Assembly (NCBI GenBank): GCA_963665095.1
Contig: OY762069.1
Coordinates: forward strand, 4,672,001-4,736,000
Origin: an uncultured Desulfobacter sp.
GTDB taxonomy: Bacteria; Desulfobacterota; Desulfobacteria; Desulfobacterales; Desulfobacteraceae
Direction: 5' to 3'
DNA length: 64,000 nucleotides
Positions 1 through 8,995 of the stretch are shown piece by piece. Every line of letters begins with the position of its first letter. Position 1 is the stretch's first letter. Under the pieces are notes generated by a model, which worked only from the letters and a program-made list of their open reading frames with translations, did not search any database and was not told the origin of the DNA. A program made the position numbers and the translations under genes.

Positions 1-582
1 ACAAGCCCCCTTGACACCGAGGATCTCATCGACGCCCAGACCCTCATCGGCACCATTGCCGGACCCGGGTCACGGCCTGAAGAGATGGCGCATCTTATTT
101 TCGGCCCGGGCCAGACGCCTGAACTATCTTCTGATCCCATTGTCGTGGAAACCGCAGACACACTGGCCCGTGTCTATGCTTTGGGTGTTAATATCATGCT
201 GGCCTGCACCCAGGGTAAAAAAGGACTTGTCACAGGTGATCTTTTTGCCAGGGCCTCCCGGGAAGCAAGGGAACTGGCGCTGGCCATGGGAGCCTCTCCA
301 GATACATTTACTGCAGGATACATTCCCTGGACCCTCACCTTTACGACCCTTGCAACGGAGGGTCCCATAAAAGAACTTGGTGAAAAACTTGGAGCTGCCG
401 TTAAAAAAGGAAAAAACCCGGCCAGAATTCTTGATAAACTTTCGGACTCGTGGCGTCAGTCAGGTAAAACTATTCAAATCATAAATGATCTTGAATCAGC
501 CCTTGCCTGTGGAAGACAGAGGGAAGTTGAACTGTCCCTGCTCCGGGAGGTCAGGGAACTAATCCTTCCCGAAAACCCCTGA
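1..582 (+). CDS. 5'-partial CDS; C-terminus loosely resembles the glycerol-3-phosphate dehydrogenase C-terminal domain
   Basis: Frame is open from base 1 (TSPLDTEDLIDAQTLIGTIAGPG...) through the 85..582 ORF; helical C-terminal region; family call is weak. Confidence 0.5.
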   Translation, partial: TSPLDTEDLIDAQTLIGTIAGPGSRPEEMAHLIFGPGQTPELSSDPIVVETADTLARVYALGVNIMLACTQGKKGLVTGDLFARASREARELALAMGASPDTFTAGYIPWTLTFTTLATEGPIKELGEKLGAAVKKGKNPARILDKLSDSWRQSGKTIQIINDLESALACGRQREVELSLLREVRELILPENP

Positions 583-897
583 ACCTCCTGCAGTGCTTTT
601 TTTTATTCTTCCTGCTTTATTCACTTCATCACTAAACTATTCCCACCACAATCACACTCATGATTCCGCAGAAGCATTTTTAAGCTATCCGGAAAAACAG
701 ATTTTCAAGTGAACCCGCCACACTTCTGCTGATATCAGCCACGTTTTCCTATTTGTGAATGGACACGGTTAGCAATATTTATTATATGCTTCCAGGTTTA
801 GTATTGGAGAGTTAAACTTTTAAAGGCGCTGAAACCCGGCGCCTCTCTGCAGTGGCAGTTTAAAACGCCATCCAGTGGATCAGGGTAAGGATATTGA

Positions 898-1431
898 ATG
901 CACACTGTCTATATTGACGCCTCTTCTGCCATTCTGCTGTATAAGGCAGGACTTTTTATTTCCTGCACCCGGTGTTTTTCCATGGTTATGGAAAATGAGG
1001 TTTACAAAGAGGTCCGGGTACCGGATCACCCGGGTGCTGATTTTTTTTTATCCATGGTTCAAAAAAAAAGTGTAAAGGTATGCCAATTAGATCCTGGCCA
1101 CCGGGACCAAATCACCCTGCCCGAAAACCTGGATCCCGGGGAACGAAAAACCCTGGTGCTTTATTTCCAGAATGTCCGCCCCAATAACCCCTCGTTTATT
1201 ATTGTGGACGATGCCAAATGTGCAAAGTTCTGTATGAGCCGGAAAGTACCATTTATCAATGCCCTGCTGGTTCCCAAAATTTTATGGTTTGCCGGACGTC
1301 TGGATAAAACCGTCTATCTTGAAAAAACAGACTCTATTATTCAAACAGGACGGTATTCAAAGACTGTTATCGAAAAAGCCAAAGGACTGTCCCGCACTGA
1401 TCTGGACATGTTTATACCCTATGAAAAATGA
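898..1431 (+). CDS. PIN-like (DUF3368-type) nucleic-acid-binding protein
   Basis: N-terminal VYIDASS, central LDPGE and IIVDD motifs match the PIN acidic residue pattern. Confidence 0.7.
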   Translation: MHTVYIDASSAILLYKAGLFISCTRCFSMVMENEVYKEVRVPDHPGADFFLSMVQKKSVKVCQLDPGHRDQITLPENLDPGERKTLVLYFQNVRPNNPSFIIVDDAKCAKFCMSRKVPFINALLVPKILWFAGRLDKTVYLEKTDSIIQTGRYSKTVIEKAKGLSRTDLDMFIPYEK

Positions 1432-1921
1432 ATTGAATTGTAACATATCCTGCAAGGATCCAGCGGCCTGGAAAATAAAGGCCACGGCGTTTGCCATCAG
1501 AACCCATAACCATTTGTGGGGAAAAAATAATGAAGATCCCCTGGTATTTTTATATCGCCAGGGAATCTCCCATGAGTTCTCAAGGCAGATGTACCTTGGA
1601 TGGAATAAGTATGGTCAACACCGGCCCTGTCAGGCATGGGGGTTGTCAGGCAAGGAGTCATTTTCACTTCCCCCCGGGATTGTGTTTCCATATATTATCG
1701 AAAAAAACATCCTTGGGATTTACATCATCTCCATGGAAAATCCTGAAACAGTTCATACAATTCCCGGCAGTTTTAAAGATCCCCTTGTTTTGGGAGAACC
1801 TGATAAAGAGGCCAGATATACTGACAGTATTATGGAAGGTTTGAATATCTTCCAGGATCATTCAGACAAATTATGCGTGCATATTACGCTTCCGTCACAG
1901 TACGCCGGCCACCGGGGTTGA
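1421..1921 (+). CDS. Hypothetical protein, weakly like the central region of primase-associated proteins
   Basis: ATG at 1421 overlaps the PIN gene end; motifs LGWN...WGL...LPPGIVFPY. Confidence 0.55.
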   Translation: MKNELNCNISCKDPAAWKIKATAFAIRTHNHLWGKNNEDPLVFLYRQGISHEFSRQMYLGWNKYGQHRPCQAWGLSGKESFSLPPGIVFPYIIEKNILGIYIISMENPETVHTIPGSFKDPLVLGEPDKEARYTDSIMEGLNIFQDHSDKLCVHITLPSQYAGHRG

Positions 1922-1944
1922 CCTTATTTTTTAAAAGCGTATAC

Positions 1945-3063
1945 ATGAATCTTATGAAAAATGATTTAAATACAGACCCTTTTCCCATAGTATCGGGCGC
2001 GGTTCAAGTACAGCCCGTGCATACTTCTCCGGTATCTGAATTCGGAACATATTTTCAGCTTTTTTTTCTGGCAGCCGCCGGATGGATGGCTGTTGTTTAT
2101 GGTAAAACAGAAGCCTTTACAACGTTCAGCATTATCTTTTCCTCCATTATTCTGGAGGCGTTTCCATTTATGCTTTTAGGCGCTTTGCTCGGCGGATGTG
2201 TGGAAGTCTTTTTATCAAGGGAGCAGCTGGTCCGAATCCTGCCTGAAAGCCCTGTACTTTCCATTGTCATGGCCGCATTCATGGGTATCTGTTTTCCTGT
2301 GTGTGAATGTGCCATTGTCCCGGTTGTTAGAAAATTTCTTCAAAAAGGGATGCCGTTAGGTGCGGCTGTGGCCTTTCTTTTAGGCGGTCCCATTGTCAAT
2401 CCTCTGGTTTTTTCGTCTACGCTTGTGGCCTATTCACTGTCCTGGGATGTGCCGTTTTTGCGTACATTTATCGGTGCTTTTATTGCCATTGGTATTGGCA
2501 TGTTTGTTCACATGTCAGTTCCTGAAAATCAGGGTGTTGTGCCAGGCAGCGCAGATCACCACGGATGCAGCCATGGCGGCTCCTGCAGCTGCGTACACAG
2601 TCATGAAAATTATTCCGGCCAGCCGTTTTTTAAAAAAATAACCGCAGCCCTGTCCCATGCAGCCCTTGATTTTTATGATATTGGTAAATTTCTTGTTATA
2701 GGTGCATTTATTGCGGCATTTTTACAGACCATTATTTCCCGGCAGGCCTTTTTTTCCATGGCTTCAGGCGCTGTTACGTCCATTGGGCTGATGATGATTC
2801 TGGCGGTGGTGTTAAACCTGTGCAGTGAGGCTGATGCGTTTATTGCCGCCTCGTTAGCACCCATTGGTGTCCCCTTTTCCGCCCAGATGGCATTCATGGT
2901 TTTAGGTCCCATGCTGGATATCAAACTGATTATCATGTATCTGGGCGTATTCACCAAAAAAATGATCATCATCCTTATCGCTTCGACCCTTATTTTTGTA
3001 TTTTTTGCCATGCTATTCATGCATTTTGCCTTAAGCACATATTCACAGGGGGCCGTTCTATGA
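1945..3063 (+). CDS. Permease (ArsP_1/DUF318 family), probable metal transporter subunit
   Basis: Multiple TM helices, FPVCECAIVP and LCSEADAF motifs, His/Cys-rich loop DHHGCSHGGSCSCVHSH. Confidence 0.85.
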   Translation: MNLMKNDLNTDPFPIVSGAVQVQPVHTSPVSEFGTYFQLFFLAAAGWMAVVYGKTEAFTTFSIIFSSIILEAFPFMLLGALLGGCVEVFLSREQLVRILPESPVLSIVMAAFMGICFPVCECAIVPVVRKFLQKGMPLGAAVAFLLGGPIVNPLVFSSTLVAYSLSWDVPFLRTFIGAFIAIGIGMFVHMSVPENQGVVPGSADHHGCSHGGSCSCVHSHENYSGQPFFKKITAALSHAALDFYDIGKFLVIGAFIAAFLQTIISRQAFFSMASGAVTSIGLMMILAVVLNLCSEADAFIAASLAPIGVPFSAQMAFMVLGPMLDIKLIIMYLGVFTKKMIIILIASTLIFVFFAMLFMHFALSTYSQGAVL

Positions 3064-3815
3064 AAAAATACCTGCCCCTGTTTGTATTTTTTGTCTGGAT
3101 GGCTGCACTGGTCTTGCTGCTTCTGGATAATAATTTCCAGCTTTTTCTGAAACCCTCGTTTAAAGGTCTGGTGGCAGCCAGCCTGGTGATCAGTTTTCTA
3201 TTATTTGTCGGGCTGGCCTGCCATATTATTCAATCCAATAATGCTACAGATCATAAATATTCATGGCTTAATGGTATTATTCTCCTTATTCCTGTTCTGT
3301 TCATGTTTTTTGGCGGGCAGAATACCCTGGGTGAGTATGCCATGCAAAAACGCTCTTTAGCCGCTTCTGTGGTCCGGGAAAAGAGTCCGGCAGCGGAAAA
3401 ATCGCCTGTGAAAAAAGAAATATCTTTAAAAATTGTAACGCCGGAAAGAGAGGAAAAAAATAAAAACGCTGACTCAAATAAAGATATTTCCATCTCTACT
3501 CTGGTCCGGGAATTTGACCGGTTTGACGGAAGACAGGTCAGTATCCAGGGGCTTTATGCCACAACCGTTTCAGGTCACGATGAGTTGTCAGCCGTATTCA
3601 GGTACCTGGTCACCTGCTGCGTGGCTGATGCCCAGCCGGTTGGTGTTTTTGTCAGCAGTGATATTGGTTCACATATAAAAAACAATCAATGGGTCAGGGC
3701 TGCAGGCCAGGTGGAATTAAGGAACATGGATGGATTTGATGTTATTTTTATGGATGCCAAGATCCTTCAACCAATTGAACAGCCGGATAAAAAAGCGGTT
3801 TATCTGTACTATTAA
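3060..3815 (+). CDS. TIGR03943/DUF1980 family permease partner
   Basis: Three N-terminal TM segments, RYLVTCCVADA motif, 4-bp overlap with the permease gene. Confidence 0.85.
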   Translation: MKKYLPLFVFFVWMAALVLLLLDNNFQLFLKPSFKGLVAASLVISFLLFVGLACHIIQSNNATDHKYSWLNGIILLIPVLFMFFGGQNTLGEYAMQKRSLAASVVREKSPAAEKSPVKKEISLKIVTPEREEKNKNADSNKDISISTLVREFDRFDGRQVSIQGLYATTVSGHDELSAVFRYLVTCCVADAQPVGVFVSSDIGSHIKNNQWVRAAGQVELRNMDGFDVIFMDAKILQPIEQPDKKAVYLYY

Positions 3816-3832
3816 AAGTGATCTGACGCCAT

Positions 3833-4912
3833 TTAGTCGTCTTTAAACAGCGTGGTTTGGTTTCGTCCGTTATTTTTTGACTGATATAAGGCATCATCAG
3901 CCCTGGCAATCCAGTCCGTTATACTTCCGGTGATATCCTCTCCTGATATTTGCACCATACCAAAAGATATGGTGATGTTAAGTTTTTTTCTCGGAATAAG
4001 GTTCCCCTCCCTGTTAACAACCGGAAAGTTATGTCCCTGGATTGTCTTTCTGATACGTTCAACAGCCTCCATTCCCTCTTCGGCATCTGTATCATCAAAT
4101 ATCATTAAGAATTCTTCGCCACCATACCGTCCGGCCAGGTCAAATCCCTGTCTCATGGAATGGGATATGATATTGCCCACTTCCTTTAAAACAAGATCCC
4201 CCTGAATATGGCCGTAATCGTCATTCACAGATTTAAAAAAATCAATATCTCCCATGGCAAGCACAGCTGACCTGTGGGGTTTTCGTTTTAATCGCAAAAG
4301 TATTCTTTCAAGCTCTTCTTTTATCTTGCCTGAATTATACAATCCGGTCAGGTCGTCATATTCAGCTTTGCGTTCAAACCGGGTTTTCATGATGATCGTG
4401 GATAACAGGTTACACATAATTTCCATGGCTGAAATTTCATAGTCTTTGATACCACTTTCTTTTCCTAAAAAATCACCACCCACCAGGTAAGTTCCCCCAA
4501 AATCCTCGGAAAAATTCACATACCCCATAATATCGCACCCCATACCTTTTACATTTATCTGGGATGTTTTTTTATTCATGAATGCATGAACTTCATTGAC
4601 ATACCGTTTATCCCTGGCATCCGTAAAAACCCGGATTTTTCGGCCTTCCTGCAGATCCATTCTCATTGAAGCCGGATCCATCACCTTGACCACTTCAAGG
4701 ATCAGGCGGTCATTGATCACATTAGATACCCTGTAGAGAACACTGATATTGAATAATAATGTTTCTGATATAATCTCAAGGGGATAATCAAAACAGATAT
4801 CTTTATCTGAATACCTTTTTTGGGAGAGGTCATGATCCATGGCATTTAAATATGCGGTTAATTTTCCAAGGGCGTTTAATATCTGCCCTGCATCGGACGC
4901 CTGTTTTTTCAT
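3833..4912 (-). CDS. Diguanylate cyclase (GGDEF domain)
   Basis: DDLTGLYN, DIDFFKSVNDDYGH and RYGGEEF motifs; purine-rich RBS before the ATG at 4912. Confidence 0.9.
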   Translation of the reverse strand: MKKQASDAGQILNALGKLTAYLNAMDHDLSQKRYSDKDICFDYPLEIISETLLFNISVLYRVSNVINDRLILEVVKVMDPASMRMDLQEGRKIRVFTDARDKRYVNEVHAFMNKKTSQINVKGMGCDIMGYVNFSEDFGGTYLVGGDFLGKESGIKDYEISAMEIMCNLLSTIIMKTRFERKAEYDDLTGLYNSGKIKEELERILLRLKRKPHRSAVLAMGDIDFFKSVNDDYGHIQGDLVLKEVGNIISHSMRQGFDLAGRYGGEEFLMIFDDTDAEEGMEAVERIRKTIQGHNFPVVNREGNLIPRKKLNITISFGMVQISGEDITGSITDWIARADDALYQSKNNGRNQTTLFKDD

Positions 4913-4952
4913 GATATCCCCCTTTGCCAGAGTCTGCCGCATTTTATATAAT

Positions 4953-5121
4953 TAGTGTTTGAACGCAAAGTCACCCACCTAAGGCGTTACTGCACAAAGC
5001 TGCCAAATCATATAATCGGGCCTCACCTACTGGAGTATGCTCCGGTTGAAGCTTTGCTTGCGCCTTGCATATAGGTAAATTTGCGTCCAAACACCAAACA
5101 CGGGGGTTTAGTTTAGGCACT
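4953..5121. repeat. MITE-like palindromic repeat, copy A
   Basis: Ends GTGTTTGAACGCAAA...TTTGCGTCCAAACAC; reverse-complement similar to 29149-29291 over about 140 bp. Confidence 0.85.
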
Positions 5122-5382
5122 GATTAATAATGTTCCCCGTGAAACATTTTATATACAGATGAAGAACTTCATTTAGTTAAGTACCATTTTTCTTTCACAG
5201 CTTGCAATCTCAGCTGGTAAAATTTTAATAAAAAATAGAGGCCCAACAATGGAAATATCTCTGCTTAAGGTGTTTTAATCGTTAAGCAGATTAAATTTTT
5301 CTAAATATTTACTTTTATCACTTCTGTAAAATCTGATATTCTGGTATTTTCATTTTAACCAACCATCATTAGGAGTTTTGGC

Positions 5383-6582
5383 GTGGAACAAGACAATATT
5401 ATCCGGTTTGCATCCCGGATGGAGCAATTGCCCCCTTATCTTTTCGGTATGATCAACAAAATGAAAATGGAAAAGCGTCGCAACGGAGATGATGTGATTG
5501 ACCTTGGCATGGGAAATCCCATGGATCCGACACCTGACGCAGTTATTGAAAAACTGGTGGAAGTTGCTAAAGATCCAAAGTCACACAGATATCCGGAAAG
5601 TTCAGGGCTTCCCCATCTGAAAAAAGAAATTGCCAAATATTACGACCGCCATTACAACATCCATCTGGATGCGGAAAAAGAGACCTATTTCACCATTGGG
5701 TCCAAAGAGGGGATTTCCCACCTCTGCCTGGCTATCATGGGTTCCGGGGACTCTGTTCTGGTGCCGGCTCCGGCATTTCCCATTCATATTTATGCAGCGG
5801 TAATTGCAGGTGCCAATGTCATGCGGATTCCCATAGAGCCTGAAACAGGATTTCTGGACCGTATCATTAATATATGTGAATCCTGTTATCCCAGTCCCAG
5901 AGTTTTGATGCTCAACTATCCGCATAATCCCACAGGGGTTGTTACGGATAAAAATTTTTTTAAAGAGATCGTCAAGCTGGCAAAACGGTTTAAATTCATG
6001 GTTATTAATGATTTTGCCTATGGCAAAATCACCTATGACGGATATGTGGCCCCAAGTTTTCTGGAAGTGGAGGGGGCAAAGGATGTGGGGGTTGAGTTCG
6101 GCTCCTTTTCCAAATCCTATAACATGGCGGGCTGGCGCATCGGGTATTGTGTAGGAAATGAAAAAATTGTCAGCGCCCTTGGTAAAATCAAAGGCTATTT
6201 TGATTATGGTATTTTCTCAGCCATTCAGGTGGCTGGAATTATTGCCCTGCGGGATTGTGATGAGACCATTCCTGATTTGGCAAAAATTTATGAAAACCGG
6301 AGGGATGTCCTCTGTTCAGGCCTTGAACGTATTGGCTGGAACATAGATAAACCCAAAGCCGGCATGTTTGTCTGGGCCAAAATTCCAGAACCCTTTAATA
6401 AAATGGGGTCCATGGAATTTGCCATCCAGCTGATGAACAAAGGAAATGTGGCTGTGGCACCGGGTACCGGATTTTCTGAGGAAGGGGAAGGTTTCCTACG
6501 GCTGGCCCTGGTTGAAAACGAAGAGCGCCTGCGCCAGGCTGTCCGGCAAATGAAAAAAGCCATGGATCAGATGGAGGTTTAG
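5383..6582 (+). CDS. PLP-dependent class I/II aminotransferase (AlaC / LL-DAP aminotransferase-like)
   Basis: DLGMGNP, NYPHNPTG and SFSKSYNMAGWRIG (PLP lysine) motifs. Confidence 0.9.
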   Translation: MEQDNIIRFASRMEQLPPYLFGMINKMKMEKRRNGDDVIDLGMGNPMDPTPDAVIEKLVEVAKDPKSHRYPESSGLPHLKKEIAKYYDRHYNIHLDAEKETYFTIGSKEGISHLCLAIMGSGDSVLVPAPAFPIHIYAAVIAGANVMRIPIEPETGFLDRIINICESCYPSPRVLMLNYPHNPTGVVTDKNFFKEIVKLAKRFKFMVINDFAYGKITYDGYVAPSFLEVEGAKDVGVEFGSFSKSYNMAGWRIGYCVGNEKIVSALGKIKGYFDYGIFSAIQVAGIIALRDCDETIPDLAKIYENRRDVLCSGLERIGWNIDKPKAGMFVWAKIPEPFNKMGSMEFAIQLMNKGNVAVAPGTGFSEEGEGFLRLALVENEERLRQAVRQMKKAMDQMEV

Positions 6583-7640
6583 CCCTTTTTAAAAAATGAT
6601 ATCACCCAGTTGATAAAGCCGTTTTTTTTATCTTTATCCGGGTGGGTAATGACAGAATTTTTTATCTGTATTTTCTTTTGACCGGCCGGTTCTTTTTCAG
6701 ACCGGCCGGTATTATTCTGGTCTGTCCCGGTATTGGGAAATATGGACCCGGCTTTTGCTTTCAGGACACTTGATATTTCTTCAAGTAACGCTTCCTGTAC
6801 GCCAGGTTCAGATAATTTTGACTCGCCATTTTTTCCAAAATATGTGTCTGAAAATTCAGGAATAGTACCATCCCCACTGGCCCCAATTCCGCATTTACCG
6901 GCAATGGCATAGGCGAACTGAACCTGAGCGGCGCAGGATCTATATTCAGGCTCTGCCAGATGGGGTATGTGACAGAAAGCCACAGCCTGGATAACTTTAT
7001 CCGGCAGATTCCATGTTTCCAGAACCCTGGCCCCCACAAGACTGGCTGTGGTGCCAAATTTATCTTTTTCAATTTCAGCAGTGGCACAATTCATTTGCCT
7101 GGCTTTTGATACGCATTTTCTGAATTCATCGGGGAAATGGATGGCAAACAACAATTTTCCCAGCCCTTGAAGCATCCCTGCCATATACAGATCTCCCGGT
7201 ACGGTGTCAAACCCCAAAGCTGGGTGCCCCAGTCGCTTTACTGCCGCAGCACAGGCCCAGGAAAAAGCCCAGAAATCATTATAACTGCAACCTTCCATGC
7301 CTGGAAACGTTGGCAGGCTTTTCTGAAAGAACTCCAGACAGACTGCGTTCACTGTCTCTTTCAGTCCGATACGCATGATTGCAGATCTTAAAGAGACGAT
7401 TTTTTCCACGCCGCAGTAATAGGGAGAATTAGCCAGCTGCAGAATCCTGGTAAACATACCTGGATCAGCTTCCACCAGATGGGCGAATTCTGGAATATCA
7501 ATTTTTTTTTCCGGCAGACGGACCATTTTTAAAATATGACGGACATTTTCAGGGATTGCGGGAATATCTGATCTTGATGTCAGTATATCCTGAGCAATAC
7601 TCATGGCAACGGTTTTTTCGCCGACCAAAGGATCATTCAT
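6579..7640 (-). CDS. HDOD domain protein
   Basis: IPAIP...DPGMFTRILQLANSPYY...AIMRIG; degenerate HD motif (AGMLQGLGK). Confidence 0.85.
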   Translation of the reverse strand: MNDPLVGEKTVAMSIAQDILTSRSDIPAIPENVRHILKMVRLPEKKIDIPEFAHLVEADPGMFTRILQLANSPYYCGVEKIVSLRSAIMRIGLKETVNAVCLEFFQKSLPTFPGMEGCSYNDFWAFSWACAAAVKRLGHPALGFDTVPGDLYMAGMLQGLGKLLFAIHFPDEFRKCVSKARQMNCATAEIEKDKFGTTASLVGARVLETWNLPDKVIQAVAFCHIPHLAEPEYRSCAAQVQFAYAIAGKCGIGASGDGTIPEFSDTYFGKNGESKLSEPGVQEALLEEISSVLKAKAGSIFPNTGTDQNNTGRSEKEPAGQKKIQIKNSVITHPDKDKKNGFINWVISFFKKG

Positions 7641-7840
7641 GACAATGCCTTTAACGATGAATATGACATTATTTTATCTGAATAATCTTTATTTTGTATA
7701 TCTCACAGGTGATTTCGTCAAATGATAATTTTTCACGCGCGTATGATATAATCTTATTAAAAATACCTTTACAGCCTTGAAATAAAATAATTTTTCAATT
7801 AGATAGGTATTCTTCAATTTTTTTAAAAAAGGATTCTTCC

Positions 7841-8995
7841 ATGAGTTTATCACAGAAGCCTGAAACCTCATTTTTCAGGCGCGGGCTGACATTTACTCTA
7901 AAAAAACTGCCTTTTGCGGTTTTCATTTTACTTATTGCAGTGATTCTTTCCTTTATGATGGAAAAAATATCCCTTCATAAGGCTGAATTAAAAAAAGCTC
8001 AGGCAGAACAGATCAAAGAACCACCGGCCCTTGCCAATGTTATTACCATGGCAGTTTTTCCCGGACGGGTGGCTGAAGAGATAAGTCTGCCGGGTGTGGC
8101 AAAACCATGGATTTCGCTGACGGTTTCTGCAGAAGTCGGGGGCAAGGTGGTAAAAAAACTTGTGAGTGAAGGCCAGTACGTCAATAAAGGAGATGTGATT
8201 GCATTTATTGACAGCCGGGATTACGAATACAATTATTCGTCTGCACTTGCCTCCTATGAAACCGCAAAAACAGATGCAGACAGGTTTAAGGCGCTGTCAA
8301 AAAAACAATTCATCACCCAGGCCCAGCTTGATGATGCCCAGACCCGGGTTAAAACGACCCTTTCCGCCATGGAACAGGCTAAACTGAACTTGGAGCGCTG
8401 TACCATCCGGTGTCCCATGAAAGGAATTGCTGACCGGGTACATATAGAGGTAGGCAACTTTCTGGGCAAAGGCGATCCCGTGGCTGATATTCTGGAACTG
8501 GACCGGTTGAAAATTGAGGTGGGCATCCCTGAATCAGATGTATCTGCCGTGCGAAAGCTGAAAACCTTTGATTTAAGTTTTGATGCCCTGAACGGGAAAA
8601 CCGTCACAGGCACCTACCACTATCTATATAAAACAACATCTTCCATGGCGCGATTATACAATCTTGAAATCGCAGTGGATAATCCGGGTCTCCAGATTCT
8701 TCCGGATATGTTTGCCCGCGTGTCCATTATAAAAAATCAGACGGATAACGGCCTGGCCGTTCCTATCTATTCCCTTATTACCAAAAATAAAAAAACAGGA
8801 ATTTATATTGAAAACAACGGCCAGGTGTCATTCAGGTATGTGACAACGGGATTTCAGGATGGATGGAGTATCCTGGTTACCCAGGGGCTTGAACCCAGAG
8901 AAAACGTGGTGGTGGTCGGTCACCGGATGGTGGAGGATAAGGATAAGGTTAATGTGATTCGGACCGTAAAAACCATAGAGGAACTGTCCAGATGA
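7841..8995 (+). CDS. RND efflux periplasmic adaptor subunit
   Basis: N-terminal TM, lipoyl-like VSAEVGGKV...EGQYVNKGD, ILPDMFARV. Confidence 0.92.
   Translation: MSLSQKPETSFFRRGLTFTLKKLPFAVFILLIAVILSFMMEKISLHKAELKKAQAEQIKEPPALANVITMAVFPGRVAEEISLPGVAKPWISLTVSAEVGGKVVKKLVSEGQYVNKGDVIAFIDSRDYEYNYSSALASYETAKTDADRFKALSKKQFITQAQLDDAQTRVKTTLSAMEQAKLNLERCTIRCPMKGIADRVHIEVGNFLGKGDPVADILELDRLKIEVGIPESDVSAVRKLKTFDLSFDALNGKTVTGTYHYLYKTTSSMARLYNLEIAVDNPGLQILPDMFARVSIIKNQTDNGLAVPIYSLITKNKKTGIYIENNGQVSFRYVTTGFQDGWSILVTQGLEPRENVVVVGHRMVEDKDKVNVIRTVKTIEELSR

Noticed and set aside
820..890. Possible riboswitch upstream of the PIN-like gene
   Set aside because: Two small hairpins, but no conserved aptamer motif I can recognise; needs an Rfam scan
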